Shown: positions 40,587 through 48,859 of the stretch, one piece after another
Numbering within the stretch: the stretch's first letter is position 1
Layout: every line of letters starts with the position of its first letter
Sequence record: MT446397.1
Length of the DNA: 52,433 nucleotides
Reading direction: 5' to 3' (one strand)
From: Escherichia virus TH23
The notes under the pieces: model-generated
Database searches by the model: none
Told to the model about the DNA's origin: nothing
Seen by the model: the letters and a program-made list of their open reading frames with translations, nothing else
Program-made: the position numbers and the translations under genes

Positions 40587-40858
40587 TCGCGAGTTGCAAT
40601 TTGCATGGACTTGTTTGGTCCGAGGTAGAAGTATTTCTTAACTTCCTCAAGTGTGTATTTAGCACTGCTTCCGAGTATGTCTTTGAAAGTGTGCTTCCAG
40701 AACCCATCTTTCTCCGAAATTCCTACGGTAAAGTCGTTGGTGCCGTTGTACCACCAACGTCCGCCAACCAGGACGAAGTGGATTGTTTCTTCCTCACCTG
40801 TGGGAGCTGTTGTTACATTTCTTAATGTCAAAACTTTAGCAGAATGCTTGCGAATCAT
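40547..40858 (-). CDS. Hypothetical protein (C-terminus ...YGVPF)
   Basis: 103-aa ORF with GGAGAG Shine-Dalgarno. Confidence 0.35.
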   Translation of the reverse strand: MIRKHSAKVLTLRNVTTAPTGEEETIHFVLVGGRWWYNGTNDFTVGISEKDGFWKHTFKDILGSSAKYTLEEVKKYFYLGPNKSMQIATREWTTNQPTYGVPF

Positions 40859-41493
40859 AGGAACTCTCCAATTTTCGATTCAGTGTTTGTGACTTCTCTT
40901 CTCATCTTTTGGCCCAGGAACAGGCCACAGGGTAGCGCAGGAAGGCCGAAAATCGGGCCACTGCCTACCGTTTGTGTCAATTCTGGATAACTGCATTGGC
41001 GAAGGGTTACTCCCGTTAGGGTGCGATACGCTAATCACATGAGTGTCGTCGCCATACGGCTCAGGCGTGTCACAGAGGCTTTGCAACCCTTCCCAATACA
41101 TTCACCCAAATCCCAGCGTTGGCGTAGCTGGTGGCTCGGTTTTGTGCGGATTATGCCACTCTAAGCCCTGTTTGTCCGACTTTCTCGGAGCACCAGCGAC
41201 TTGTGGCACAAACCTATTTTCGAATGACTAACATAAGCATGAGGCATAACCCTCTAATTATTCAGCCCTAACAGCTTGCTTATTTAGTACCAATTCAACC
41301 CAATACATCGACCTATAACAAGTGATTAGCTTCTGCGAAGAAGTATTCTGGCCCTTTGGCCTATGTTAAAAGATAAGTGTATTTGATGGAAACATTCCAT
41401 CGAAAATAACTTTGTAGAATGAGTTGAACATTCTCGCACGTTATCGGCCGTAACGGTCTACCGAGTTACAAAGTTATTATCTGATGTTGTTTC

Positions 41494-41510
41494 TTCAATT
41501 CCAACTAATG
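41494..41510 (-). promoter_or_regulatory. Conserved intergenic motif copy (candidate phage promoter)
   Basis: Minus strand CATTAGTTGGAATTGAA, at the upstream edge of the 40.9-41.7 kb island. Confidence 0.3.
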
Positions 41511-41540
41511 TTTCAGAATTATTCCAATATTCCAAACAAA

Positions 41541-41609
41541 AAGAATAATAAGAATAAATTAAATAAATGAAGAAAGTGCTTGACACCCATTTGGCTATAA
41601 GTGTATAAT
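41541..41609 (+). promoter_or_regulatory. Consensus sigma70-type promoter with A-tract UP-like element, oriented opposite to all genes
   Basis: TTGACA at 41580..41585, 18-nt spacer, TATAAT at 41604..41609; upstream A-tracts aaagaataataagaataaattaaataaatg. Confidence 0.5.
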
Positions 41610-41634
41610 GCCTTTCTTCCCTAAGAGGTCAGAA

Positions 41635-41650
41635 TCAAATCCCACTAATG
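41635..41650 (-). promoter_or_regulatory. Conserved intergenic motif copy (candidate phage promoter)
   Basis: Minus strand CATTAGTGGGATTTGA; shares a 14-nt identity (actaatgtttcaga) with the 41494 copy. Confidence 0.3.
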
Positions 41651-41720
41651 TTTCAGACTAAAGCCGAAGGCCAATGCGAGTACAAAACCCGCTTGGCACT
41701 TCGAAGAAACCCGCCTGGAA

Positions 41721-41924
41721 CTATAGTGTTTTCCAGTCTGAATCAAACATTACAGTTGGTCGAGTAAAGATTGTTGAAGAATCGGTGCTCAAGAAGGTAT
41801 GATTCCCATACCGTTTAACTTCCTGATAAGCAAATCCCTCAATCCACTCTCCGCTGGTGGCTTTAATCTTCGTTGGCCCCAGAATACGGTAATAAGTATT
41901 TCTTGGCTGGTGATGAACAATCAT
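41721..41924 (-). CDS. Hypothetical protein
   Basis: Internal start of the 41721..42026 ORF after the upstream gene stop. Confidence 0.25.
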   Translation of the reverse strand: MIVHHQPRNTYYRILGPTKIKATSGEWIEGFAYQEVKRYGNHTFLSTDSSTIFTRPTVMFDSDWKTL

Positions 41925-41937
41925 CTCAGCTTCGATT

Positions 41938-42558
41938 TCAGATGTTTTCAAGCTGCGCACGAAACAATACCCCATTTGAGAAGATGAAGTCTGAACCATA
42001 ATCGTGAACAAACTTCTCCCAATCAATGTAGTTCAGTAAATTATCAGGAATGCCATACGAATCGCTTTCCTGTCGGAAATACTGCTCCATAGAGTCAAAT
42101 TCTCCGATATACGCATCAAGCAAATTAACTTCTTGATAGAAGATATCAATTTCATCACTGTCGTATGCAGCCATGATAATTTCTTCACTAACTTCTGTCA
42201 GCAAATTGTTATAATGGTCGTAGCGAGTGCGACTAAAGACACCTTTAATAAAGCAGAGCTTGGTTACGCTGTCATCATCTGATTCGATAATGTCATACGT
42301 GCCGGTTTCAGGGAATTCGATTCCGTATTCTTCATGCAGATACTCCTGCATATTGAAGTCATAGAGCCGCCATGCCAGACCATCAATCCAAACATCTTCA
42401 AATTCAGAGTTGTTTTCGCCTGTGTAGAAACGAACCAATAAGGTTTCATCTCTACGCCAGGACTTAAGTTGTTCCACTGCTTTAGTAATGTTATCGTTTT
42501 GCATTAAGTTTCTCCCACATACCTTGAAGTTCCATGTTAAGGATTTTGAGCTGTTCAA
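41938..42558 (-). CDS. Acidic protein, ArdA-like antirestriction candidate
   Basis: 206 aa, strongly acidic; C-terminal NYIDWEKFVHDYGSDFIFSNGVLF resembles the ArdA region as recalled; true start may be the internal MQNDNITK. Confidence 0.35.
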   Translation of the reverse strand: MNSSKSLTWNFKVCGRNLMQNDNITKAVEQLKSWRRDETLLVRFYTGENNSEFEDVWIDGLAWRLYDFNMQEYLHEEYGIEFPETGTYDIIESDDDSVTKLCFIKGVFSRTRYDHYNNLLTEVSEEIIMAAYDSDEIDIFYQEVNLLDAYIGEFDSMEQYFRQESDSYGIPDNLLNYIDWEKFVHDYGSDFIFSNGVLFRAQLENI

Positions 42559-42781
42559 TTCGCCCTTTCCCGCCCTTTACTAGTATGTCCAGGATGGCGG
42601 TCTTCTCTTCATATGTTACTAGATAACAGCATCTGCCAACCTCAATTTCGTGTCTCAGACTACGGGAATCTTGCACATGATTTGACAAATGTTGGTGGAG
42701 TTCTGCCTCTGCACGAGACGTACGCTCCTGCATACGCTCTAATTCTTTCGGTATTTCCTGATATTCCATCGGATACTCCAT
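42491..42781 (-). CDS. Hypothetical coiled-coil protein
   Basis: 96-aa ORF. Confidence 0.3.
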   Translation of the reverse strand: MEYPMEYQEIPKELERMQERTSRAEAELHQHLSNHVQDSRSLRHEIEVGRCCYLVTYEEKTAILDILVKGGKGRIEQLKILNMELQGMWEKLNAKR

Positions 42782-42789
42782 TGATGAAG

Positions 42790-43185
42790 TTATGCTGGAA
42801 GTTCGAAGTGCGGTGCGTCGAGGAATTTAGCCCATTTCACTGGCTTAGTGAATGAACGTTCCCATGTTCCACCCCAACGAATAACAATTCCAAGCTCCTC
42901 TGCGGCTTTGAACATGTGTTCAGCTACAATTTGGAATCGTTCAAGGTCATTCCAGTCAATTGGGTATGGTGCAATGTCCAAAGCGTTGCCTGACATGTGT
43001 CGGCTAATAGAAACTTTGGTTGCACCCTGCTTTAAAAGCTCTTGTTGACGTTCATAAGAGCGTAAACCTTCCAAAACAGTTACATCAAAAGGCATGGTTT
43101 CACATGCCCGTTTGAAAACTGCAACTAATGAAGGATTTACTCCCTTAAGTCGGTCTAAAGAACGTTGGCCGAGCTTAACATTCAT
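42790..43185 (-). CDS. Peptidase M15-family L-alanyl-D-glutamate endopeptidase (T5 Lys-like endolysin)
   Basis: 131 aa; LEGLRSYERQ, SRHMSGNALDIAP (H-x6-D) and DAPHFE zinc-ligand motifs. Confidence 0.65.
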   Translation of the reverse strand: MNVKLGQRSLDRLKGVNPSLVAVFKRACETMPFDVTVLEGLRSYERQQELLKQGATKVSISRHMSGNALDIAPYPIDWNDLERFQIVAEHMFKAAEELGIVIRWGGTWERSFTKPVKWAKFLDAPHFELPA

Positions 43186-43460
43186 TATTTACCCTTTAAT
43201 GCATCGTTTAAAGTGTTGTTCAACAGTGTGTTGAGTTCATCAAGCTCGTCAAATGCTGCCTGAGCTTTGTTAACTTCGTCAACAAGTAGTGCTCGAAGGA
43301 CTGCATGCTCAACAAGCACCCATCCGTTAATACAGTCGATGAAAACTTTAACTTTATCAACTGGAGCATTTAAATCAAAGGCCGACAAGTCGGATTTGGC
43401 ATTGTCCAACTTTCCTTTTGCCTTACTTAGTTCAACAGGAACTTGGTCTATAGAAATCAT
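43185..43460 (-). CDS. Hypothetical coiled-coil protein
   Basis: 91-aa ORF whose stop overlaps the next start. Confidence 0.3.
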   Translation of the reverse strand: MISIDQVPVELSKAKGKLDNAKSDLSAFDLNAPVDKVKVFIDCINGWVLVEHAVLRALLVDEVNKAQAAFDELDELNTLLNNTLNDALKGK

Positions 43461-43690
43461 TGAAAATTATTTCCACTAGGGTGAATGGTTAATTTGAAGG
43501 ATACTAATTCCCTATTGATTGAGGTTGTTCCTAGAACTGTTGCCTCAAACAACATGGATTTGGAAGTTTCCTTACCTACACGTTCCAAGTATTTTACAAC
43601 TCGGTCGTGAATTACTGCCCATTGGCGATATTCGCAATCGGATTCCAGCAGGTATTGAACTCCATCAATGGTAAATTCGGATGACGTCAT
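43457..43690 (-). CDS. Hypothetical protein
   Basis: 77-aa ORF. Confidence 0.3.
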   Translation of the reverse strand: MTSSEFTIDGVQYLLESDCEYRQWAVIHDRVVKYLERVGKETSKSMLFEATVLGTTSINRELVSFKLTIHPSGNNFQ

Positions 43691-44037
43691 TTAACTTCCT
43701 TACAATAGGTTGATAACAATGGAAATTTGGCATGAAAGAAGTCAATGTCACGATAAATCTGTAGCACCAAACGTTCCTCAGCGTCAACACCAACTAAGGC
43801 CAGCTTACTGCTCTGTGTATTGTAGAACACTGTTGACATTGGATTAGGATTTCCATTATCTGGAATCTCAATCCATGTACCTTCGTGCAAAGAAATTGTT
43901 GCAATGAGTGGCTGGCTCATTGTAATTGTTTCAACGGACATTTTGTACCCGCCACACTGGAAGCTGCGAACAGATGCTTCTGATTTGAATGCGAATACTC
44001 CAAACAAAATTGTGAGTGCAATGTATAAAGTTTTCAT
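43687..44037 (-). CDS. Secreted/periplasmic small protein (signal peptide)
   Basis: 116 aa; MKTLYIALTILFGVFAFKSEA signal-peptide-like N-terminus. Confidence 0.35.
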   Translation of the reverse strand: MKTLYIALTILFGVFAFKSEASVRSFQCGGYKMSVETITMSQPLIATISLHEGTWIEIPDNGNPNPMSTVFYNTQSSKLALVGVDAEERLVLQIYRDIDFFHAKFPLLSTYCKEVK

Positions 44038-44092
44038 AAATGCTCCAGTGATAATTAATCGAGGCCACTCGAAGTGGAATGACCTCTGTTAA

Positions 44093-44995
44093 TTACAGCT
44101 TCTTAATAAGCTCTGCGGATTTGCTTGCGGCAACTTTCATTTCATCGCGTGCGGCTTTAGTGATTGATGCCTTGTCCACGCGAATATTGCAGTTGCCAAT
44201 TGCAATCTTGCCATCTGCTGTTGGTGCAAGCTGCTGTAAGTCAAGCATTTGCTCCAGCTTTTGCAGAAGAATACGCTGCGCTTCGATTGCATTTTGGATA
44301 TTTAAAGTTTCCATAACTGCTCTTACCTTTCTTGAAAATGTTCCGGTTAATGCGAGGCGTACTTGTAGACCTTTAACGTTTCCATAGTCTACATTTACTT
44401 TATTGGCTGGTGAATGTGGATGTTTGTACACGTTTGTTACAGTTGCCCAATTATTATTTACCCAAATAACATCACCAACTTCCACATCTTTTCCGAGAAC
44501 ATCTTCTTCATCGGATACTTTCTGCTTCTTAGATTCTTCTACAGGAAGGAATACTGGATTTATCTGATTAGGGAACTCAATTGTTGGTGAGTTTGACATT
44601 GGTCCTGGGTTAACAATATAAACAACCCTACTCTTAACAAAGTCGAAGTACCCTTTTTCGTGGTGCAGACGAACATCCGAGCCATAATCTTCTACGCGAG
44701 TAATGTAGAAGAAGTTCACACCGTAGCTCAGTGTTTCACCTGCTACAACCATACAAGCTTTTACTGGAGTAACCTTTGGCAACTCTTTATATGTACCAAT
44801 GTTACATAAAATTTCAACAGCCTGCATATTCTCCAGATTGAAGTATCCCTGTTTTGTGTGGTTTATTTGCACACTGTCTCTGAGTTGAATAACGTCAGCT
44901 ACAGGATATTCTTCTCCCTCATGAACTATTACATCACCTTTCTTAACCAGATTGGCTGGAATCTTTACAACCTTAATTCCCATGATATTCCTCAC
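44093..44995 (-). CDS. Hypothetical protein
   Basis: 300-aa ORF, largest early gene. Confidence 0.4.
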   Translation of the reverse strand: MRNIMGIKVVKIPANLVKKGDVIVHEGEEYPVADVIQLRDSVQINHTKQGYFNLENMQAVEILCNIGTYKELPKVTPVKACMVVAGETLSYGVNFFYITRVEDYGSDVRLHHEKGYFDFVKSRVVYIVNPGPMSNSPTIEFPNQINPVFLPVEESKKQKVSDEEDVLGKDVEVGDVIWVNNNWATVTNVYKHPHSPANKVNVDYGNVKGLQVRLALTGTFSRKVRAVMETLNIQNAIEAQRILLQKLEQMLDLQQLAPTADGKIAIGNCNIRVDKASITKAARDEMKVAASKSAELIKKL

Positions 44996-45105
44996 GCATT
45001 GCTGAACAGTGCTTACACACCCAAAAGGTTACATAATCGTTTTCATGCGAAATTTCCCAATTATGTAGCCCTATAAAACATAAAATTTTCATAGGGCATC
45101 TCCAA

Positions 45106-45483
45106 TTAGAATGGAATATCGTCGTCGAAGTCTTTCGGCTCGTTCGGATTGTAGTTACTGTTCTGCGTCTGTTGCTGAATAGGTGCTTGCTGTTGTGCAG
45201 CAGGTTGCTGGCGTTGCTGTTGCTGTTGAGCAGCAGCTTGAGGTTGAGCTTTGGCTTTAGCTTTCTCTTCACGCTTACGCATCATTTCATCAACTTGTTC
45301 TTGGGTCATGATGGTGAGTGCCAGCGAGGTAAATTCATTACCATTGGCTTGCTTGTTCCAACCAGACACCCAATACCAGATTCCGTCAACGTTAATACGT
45401 CCACGAACGTCAGGATGTTTTGGGTCTTTCTTAAAGCCATTGGAACCGATGATGCCAGTGTTTACGTCTGAATATTGTGCCAT
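45106..45483 (-). CDS. Small protein with Q/P/A-rich linker and C-terminal DFDDDIPF (SSB-tail protein; minimal SSB or SSB-tail decoy)
   Basis: 125 aa; last eight residues equal the E. coli SSB C-terminal peptide; N-terminal region about 70 aa (GRINVDGIWYWVSGW); conserved motif about 80 nt upstream. Confidence 0.5.
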   Translation of the reverse strand: MAQYSDVNTGIIGSNGFKKDPKHPDVRGRINVDGIWYWVSGWNKQANGNEFTSLALTIMTQEQVDEMMRKREEKAKAKAQPQAAAQQQQQRQQPAAQQQAPIQQQTQNSNYNPNEPKDFDDDIPF

Positions 45484-45554
45484 GATTAAGATTCTCTTAA
45501 GTTAATTTACGGTTTAAGTTTCAGCGACATTGCTAACCACGGAATAGCTTTGTC

Positions 45555-45572
45555 TCTCACATCCAACTAATG
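45555..45572 (-). promoter_or_regulatory. Conserved intergenic motif copy (candidate phage promoter)
   Basis: Minus strand CATTAGTTGGATGTGAGA, about 80 nt upstream of the SSB-tail gene start. Confidence 0.35.
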
Positions 45573-45731
45573 TTGAATTAATCAGGAACACTCAATGAAT
45601 GCTCCTTGTTAATTTAACGCGCCAGTTTATATTCCTGCTTGTAATAGCAGCAGGTTGGCAAAGCCTATAACAATCGTAATTATAACAACGCTAATAGTAA
45701 GTGTCAGTATTAGGTATTTAATATTCAATCC

Positions 45732-46019
45732 TCACATCACCTTCGATACAGGAATTGGGTCAATGTTTGATTCAGGTTTATACCAACTAACTTCACCAGA
45801 ATCTTTCACAAGTTCCCAATTATCGGAGAATGTACGATAGAGTAGAACATTGTTATCATCAATAACGACAAAACCCAAAGGAGATTGAATATACGCACCT
45901 AATGTACCACTGTTTCGAGGAACTCCGTCACCACGACCTGCGACGATTTTGTACTTCTTGCCTTTGGTAAAGCTGGAATTAGTTTCACCAACATATTTAA
46001 CGATTGAATTCTTGTTCAT
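45732..46019 (-). CDS. Hypothetical protein
   Basis: 95-aa ORF with GGAGAA Shine-Dalgarno. Confidence 0.35.
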   Translation of the reverse strand: MNKNSIVKYVGETNSSFTKGKKYKIVAGRGDGVPRNSGTLGAYIQSPLGFVVIDDNNVLLYRTFSDNWELVKDSGEVSWYKPESNIDPIPVSKVM

Positions 46020-46230
46020 TGCTCTAGTTTCTCCAAAGCTGCCAAAACTGAATCACCAGAACCGCTAATTACAAGCGACTCTCCTGGAAGATTGTAGGAT
46101 ATATAAGAGAACGTCCATTTTACAACAGTTCTCTGATATTAGGAGCTGTATTTATCAGACAGCTCTACATCTTGTCTTGCATCATTTAATAAGAACTCCT
46201 GTCCATTGACATTGAGTCTTTTAAACATTT

Positions 46231-46533
46231 CTATATAGTTCTTACCCACGGTTTCATCTTCTCCCATTTAGACAAACCACCTTCAAGACTAAAGATTCGG
46301 TTACAGCCAGATTCATCTTTAATGACAAATTGAGTTCCTGTCAGTTGAATTGGCTCAAGTGCGCCAAACAACACTTTAGGTTTTGACAAGCTGGTGGCAA
46401 GAACCACATAAACTTTGCTTGGGCAAATATCAAAAGCAAAGTCGCGAGTGTAAACTAAGTCACCAACTTTCAAATATGCTGGCAACAGGCGACCTGTGGC
46501 TGGGTCACGTTGTAAACGAGTACGTTGTTTCAT
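46231..46533 (-). CDS. Hypothetical protein
   Basis: 100-aa ORF. Confidence 0.35.
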   Translation of the reverse strand: MKQRTRLQRDPATGRLLPAYLKVGDLVYTRDFAFDICPSKVYVVLATSLSKPKVLFGALEPIQLTGTQFVIKDESGCNRIFSLEGGLSKWEKMKPWVRTI

Positions 46534-46596
46534 AAATGCTCCAAGTTAATTAATAATATTCAGCAACCACTCTCATTATAAGAATGGTTGAGGAAA

Positions 46597-46827
46597 TTAT
46601 TTGACTTCTTTCCAAGTCCAAACACTGCCGTTTAATGGGACACTTTCACCAATGCTCCAGTAGGGTCTGCCATTGGCAGCCACTCGGTCCCCAACATTCG
46701 AAACAATTATTCGAGGGTCGATTCCGTGTTTTCGCTGTTTGTGGATAAGTTCTCCTTCAATCACATCTCCAACTTTTGGAGTATGTTCGGATGAAGAAGA
46801 GGATTTTATACATACAAACTTTGTCAT
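46597..46827 (-). CDS. Hypothetical protein, paralog A (NG-x-W-T-W family)
   Basis: 76 aa; shares KF.C...VGD.IEGE.I...VP.NG..WTW with the adjacent gene. Confidence 0.35.
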   Translation of the reverse strand: MTKFVCIKSSSSSEHTPKVGDVIEGELIHKQRKHGIDPRIIVSNVGDRVAANGRPYWSIGESVPLNGSVWTWKEVK

Positions 46828-47051
46828 TGTAATACACCTTGTTCACAAATGTCTGCAAACTCTGCACGATGGTCACGCTGCCATGTCCAGAATGCACCAT
46901 TCATAGGAACGACAGCACCTTTACGAAATGCTGGAGAGAACTCCTCAGCAGATTTGGTAACTTTAAATTCCAAAGGTGAAATAGCTTCACCCTCAATGAT
47001 TAGGCCAACTGGAACGTAGTCTTTGTTGGAAGCAACACATTTAAATTTCAT
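46824..47051 (-). CDS. Hypothetical protein, paralog B (NG-x-W-T-W family)
   Basis: 75 aa; tandem with 46597..46827, stop/start overlap. Confidence 0.35.
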   Translation of the reverse strand: MKFKCVASNKDYVPVGLIIEGEAISPLEFKVTKSAEEFSPAFRKGAVVPMNGAFWTWQRDHRAEFADICEQGVLQ

Positions 47052-47304
47052 GGTATAAAACTCCTAATTCAGATTCTAATTTAAATTCACGGAAGAAATC
47101 CATTGTTACAAATCGGACTTTACCTTCGTCATCAACTACGTTACAGGAAATGTCGGAGTGGACCATCCTGCCTAGCTTCAAAGCAACTTCTGAAAGATTC
47201 GCTTCGCCAGTCCCTGAGATTACACGGTAGATGCGATATGGTGTAAAGCCGCTTAAAGAGTTATTACGGCTTGGGACAATCATCATGCCTGTTTTAGTAG
47301 CCAT
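47041..47304 (-). CDS. Hypothetical protein
   Basis: Internal ATG (MATKTGMM) of the 47041..47355 ORF, preceded by GGAG. Confidence 0.35.
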   Translation of the reverse strand: MATKTGMMIVPSRNNSLSGFTPYRIYRVISGTGEANLSEVALKLGRMVHSDISCNVVDDEGKVRFVTMDFFREFKLESELGVLYHEI

Positions 47305-47400
47305 AATAACTCCAATATTAAAAGTACATGAATGCGCCAATAGTAAGTAGCACAAGTGGGAACATCAGAATACAGAATACTAATTTCTTTACGATATCCA

Positions 47401-47574
47401 TTATTTCACCAGGAAGTAGAGAACAATAGCAACACCAACACATGTAATGATTGTTGGCATATAATTATCAATTTTACGATATTTACGTTCGACTGGCTTC
47501 TTGCCTTCGATGGCATTCATCAGTTCTTGATGATTAATCTGCTGCATTAATGTGTTGAATTGCTGGTCGTTCAT
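47401..47574 (-). CDS. Unlisted small membrane protein (57 aa, C-terminal transmembrane helix)
   Basis: Hand translation: MNDQQFNTLMQQINHQELMNAIEGKKPVERKYRKIDNYMPTIITCVGVAIVLYFLVK; its ATG overlaps the upstream TGA as ATGA. Confidence 0.35.
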   Translation of the reverse strand: MNDQQFNTLMQQINHQELMNAIEGKKPVERKYRKIDNYMPTIITCVGVAIVLYFLVK

Positions 47575-47759
47575 TTTGCCTCCAGAATTTGGCTTAATGA
47601 GCTGAACACGATTTCCTCATGTTCGTCAGGTGTACATGCATTGATGTAACCAAAGTCATAACCAACAAACTTCTCTGCCCACTGCTGTAAACGAAGTAAA
47701 GAATTGAAGTACAAACTTTGCTCTACACCATTTAACTTAAAGTAGACGATGAAGTCCAT
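47571..47759 (-). CDS. Hypothetical protein
   Basis: 62-aa ORF. Confidence 0.3.
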   Translation of the reverse strand: MDFIVYFKLNGVEQSLYFNSLLRLQQWAEKFVGYDFGYINACTPDEHEEIVFSSLSQILEAK

Positions 47760-47849
47760 GATTAACCTCGGGCTTTAATGAAGTGAGGGTGAGCAGCCAT
47801 TGCCACAATTTTGTTGTGCTTGTCATTTTGAATTGCAAGCCAAACATAT

Positions 47850-47999
47850 TCAGGGTGTGCAGCAGGTTTCCAAACCAGACGCCCCCCTTTCTCCATAAAT
47901 CATCGTGTCAGCCAACATCACTGCCTTAGTTACAGTATTAACCAAAGCATGTGAAACAACACCGTCACGATTGATGTACTGATACAGTGCATAATTCAT
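47850..47999 (-). CDS. Hypothetical small protein
   Basis: Internal start of the 47850..48059 ORF just after the upstream stop; weak. Confidence 0.2.
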   Translation of the reverse strand: MNYALYQYINRDGVVSHALVNTVTKAVMLADTMIYGERGASGLETCCTP

Positions 48000-48000
48000 T

Positions 48001-48252
48001 TCAGAATCCTTTAGTGTATCCAACAGTTTTACGTAGAATGATTTCATCATTTGAACCACCTGGCTCTAATTCGATTTCGATTTCAACAACATCACTGTCT
48101 TTAAGTTTACATGCACGGCTTGAGTCATAGAATCTTACAGTGTTGTACAGACCACACTCACCCTCCACCTTAATACATTTGATAGAATTGTAAGTGAAGA
48201 TTTGACCTTCTGACAGGTCAGCAAATTTTGCACGTTTGTTGATGGTGTCCAT
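48001..48252 (-). CDS. Hypothetical protein
   Basis: 83-aa ORF. Confidence 0.35.
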   Translation of the reverse strand: MDTINKRAKFADLSEGQIFTYNSIKCIKVEGECGLYNTVRFYDSSRACKLKDSDVVEIEIELEPGGSNDEIILRKTVGYTKGF

Positions 48253-48288
48253 TATAGCTCCGAAGTTGGAGGGTTACTCCCCCCCATA

Positions 48289-48507
48289 TTAAACTGAAAT
48301 TGGCTCTTGAACTAAATCAGAAGCTGAGATTTCTTTAAACTCTTCTTCTGTAAAAGTTCTCTCATTGTCATTTAATAAAACACCAATGTTAGAATCACCA
48401 ACGAACACAGCATTTACATTAATGTCATCTTCCAAAACCTTTTGCAGATGTTCCCCACCACGCGTGAAGAAGATTGCACCATCTTCCAAATCTTTAAAAC
48501 GAGTCAT
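48289..48507 (-). CDS. Hypothetical acidic protein
   Basis: 72-aa ORF, first gene after the repeat-rich region. Confidence 0.35.
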   Translation of the reverse strand: MTRFKDLEDGAIFFTRGGEHLQKVLEDDINVNAVFVGDSNIGVLLNDNERTFTEEEFKEISASDLVQEPISV

Positions 48508-48797
48508 TTTATTCTCCTAAGTTAAAAGAAAACTCCCGTCATAACGATTGTGGAGGTCTTGTATTACCTTAATCCACCTTAAAGAATCAGGGAGTTATAT
48601 AGTATTCCTGTGTGTGCCGCCATCATGGACTTCCTAGTCTGGTGGGCGCGTTGCAATCCAGCAATAAACCACACGTTTTTCACAGGCTATATATGTGACA
48701 CACAAAGTGTCTAAAAACTACAATGATTAGCTTGGAGACATAATCTCTCTAAAATCTGTCACACAATTTCAGCAGAATTCACAGAGATTTGGTCTTA

Positions 48798-48814
48798 TTC
48801 ACATACAACTAATG
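48798..48814 (-). promoter_or_regulatory. Conserved intergenic motif copy (candidate phage promoter)
   Basis: Minus strand CATTAGTTGTATGTGAA. Confidence 0.3.
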
Positions 48815-48859
48815 ATAAATGAACATGCTTAATTGCAACTAACTCATCTGCCAAATAGA

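Noticed and set aside
44973-45272. 99-aa ORF overlapping the SSB-tail gene in another frame
   Set aside because: Most of it is embedded in 45106..45483 with low-complexity basic composition; at most a roughly 39-aa C-terminal portion after the stop could be real.
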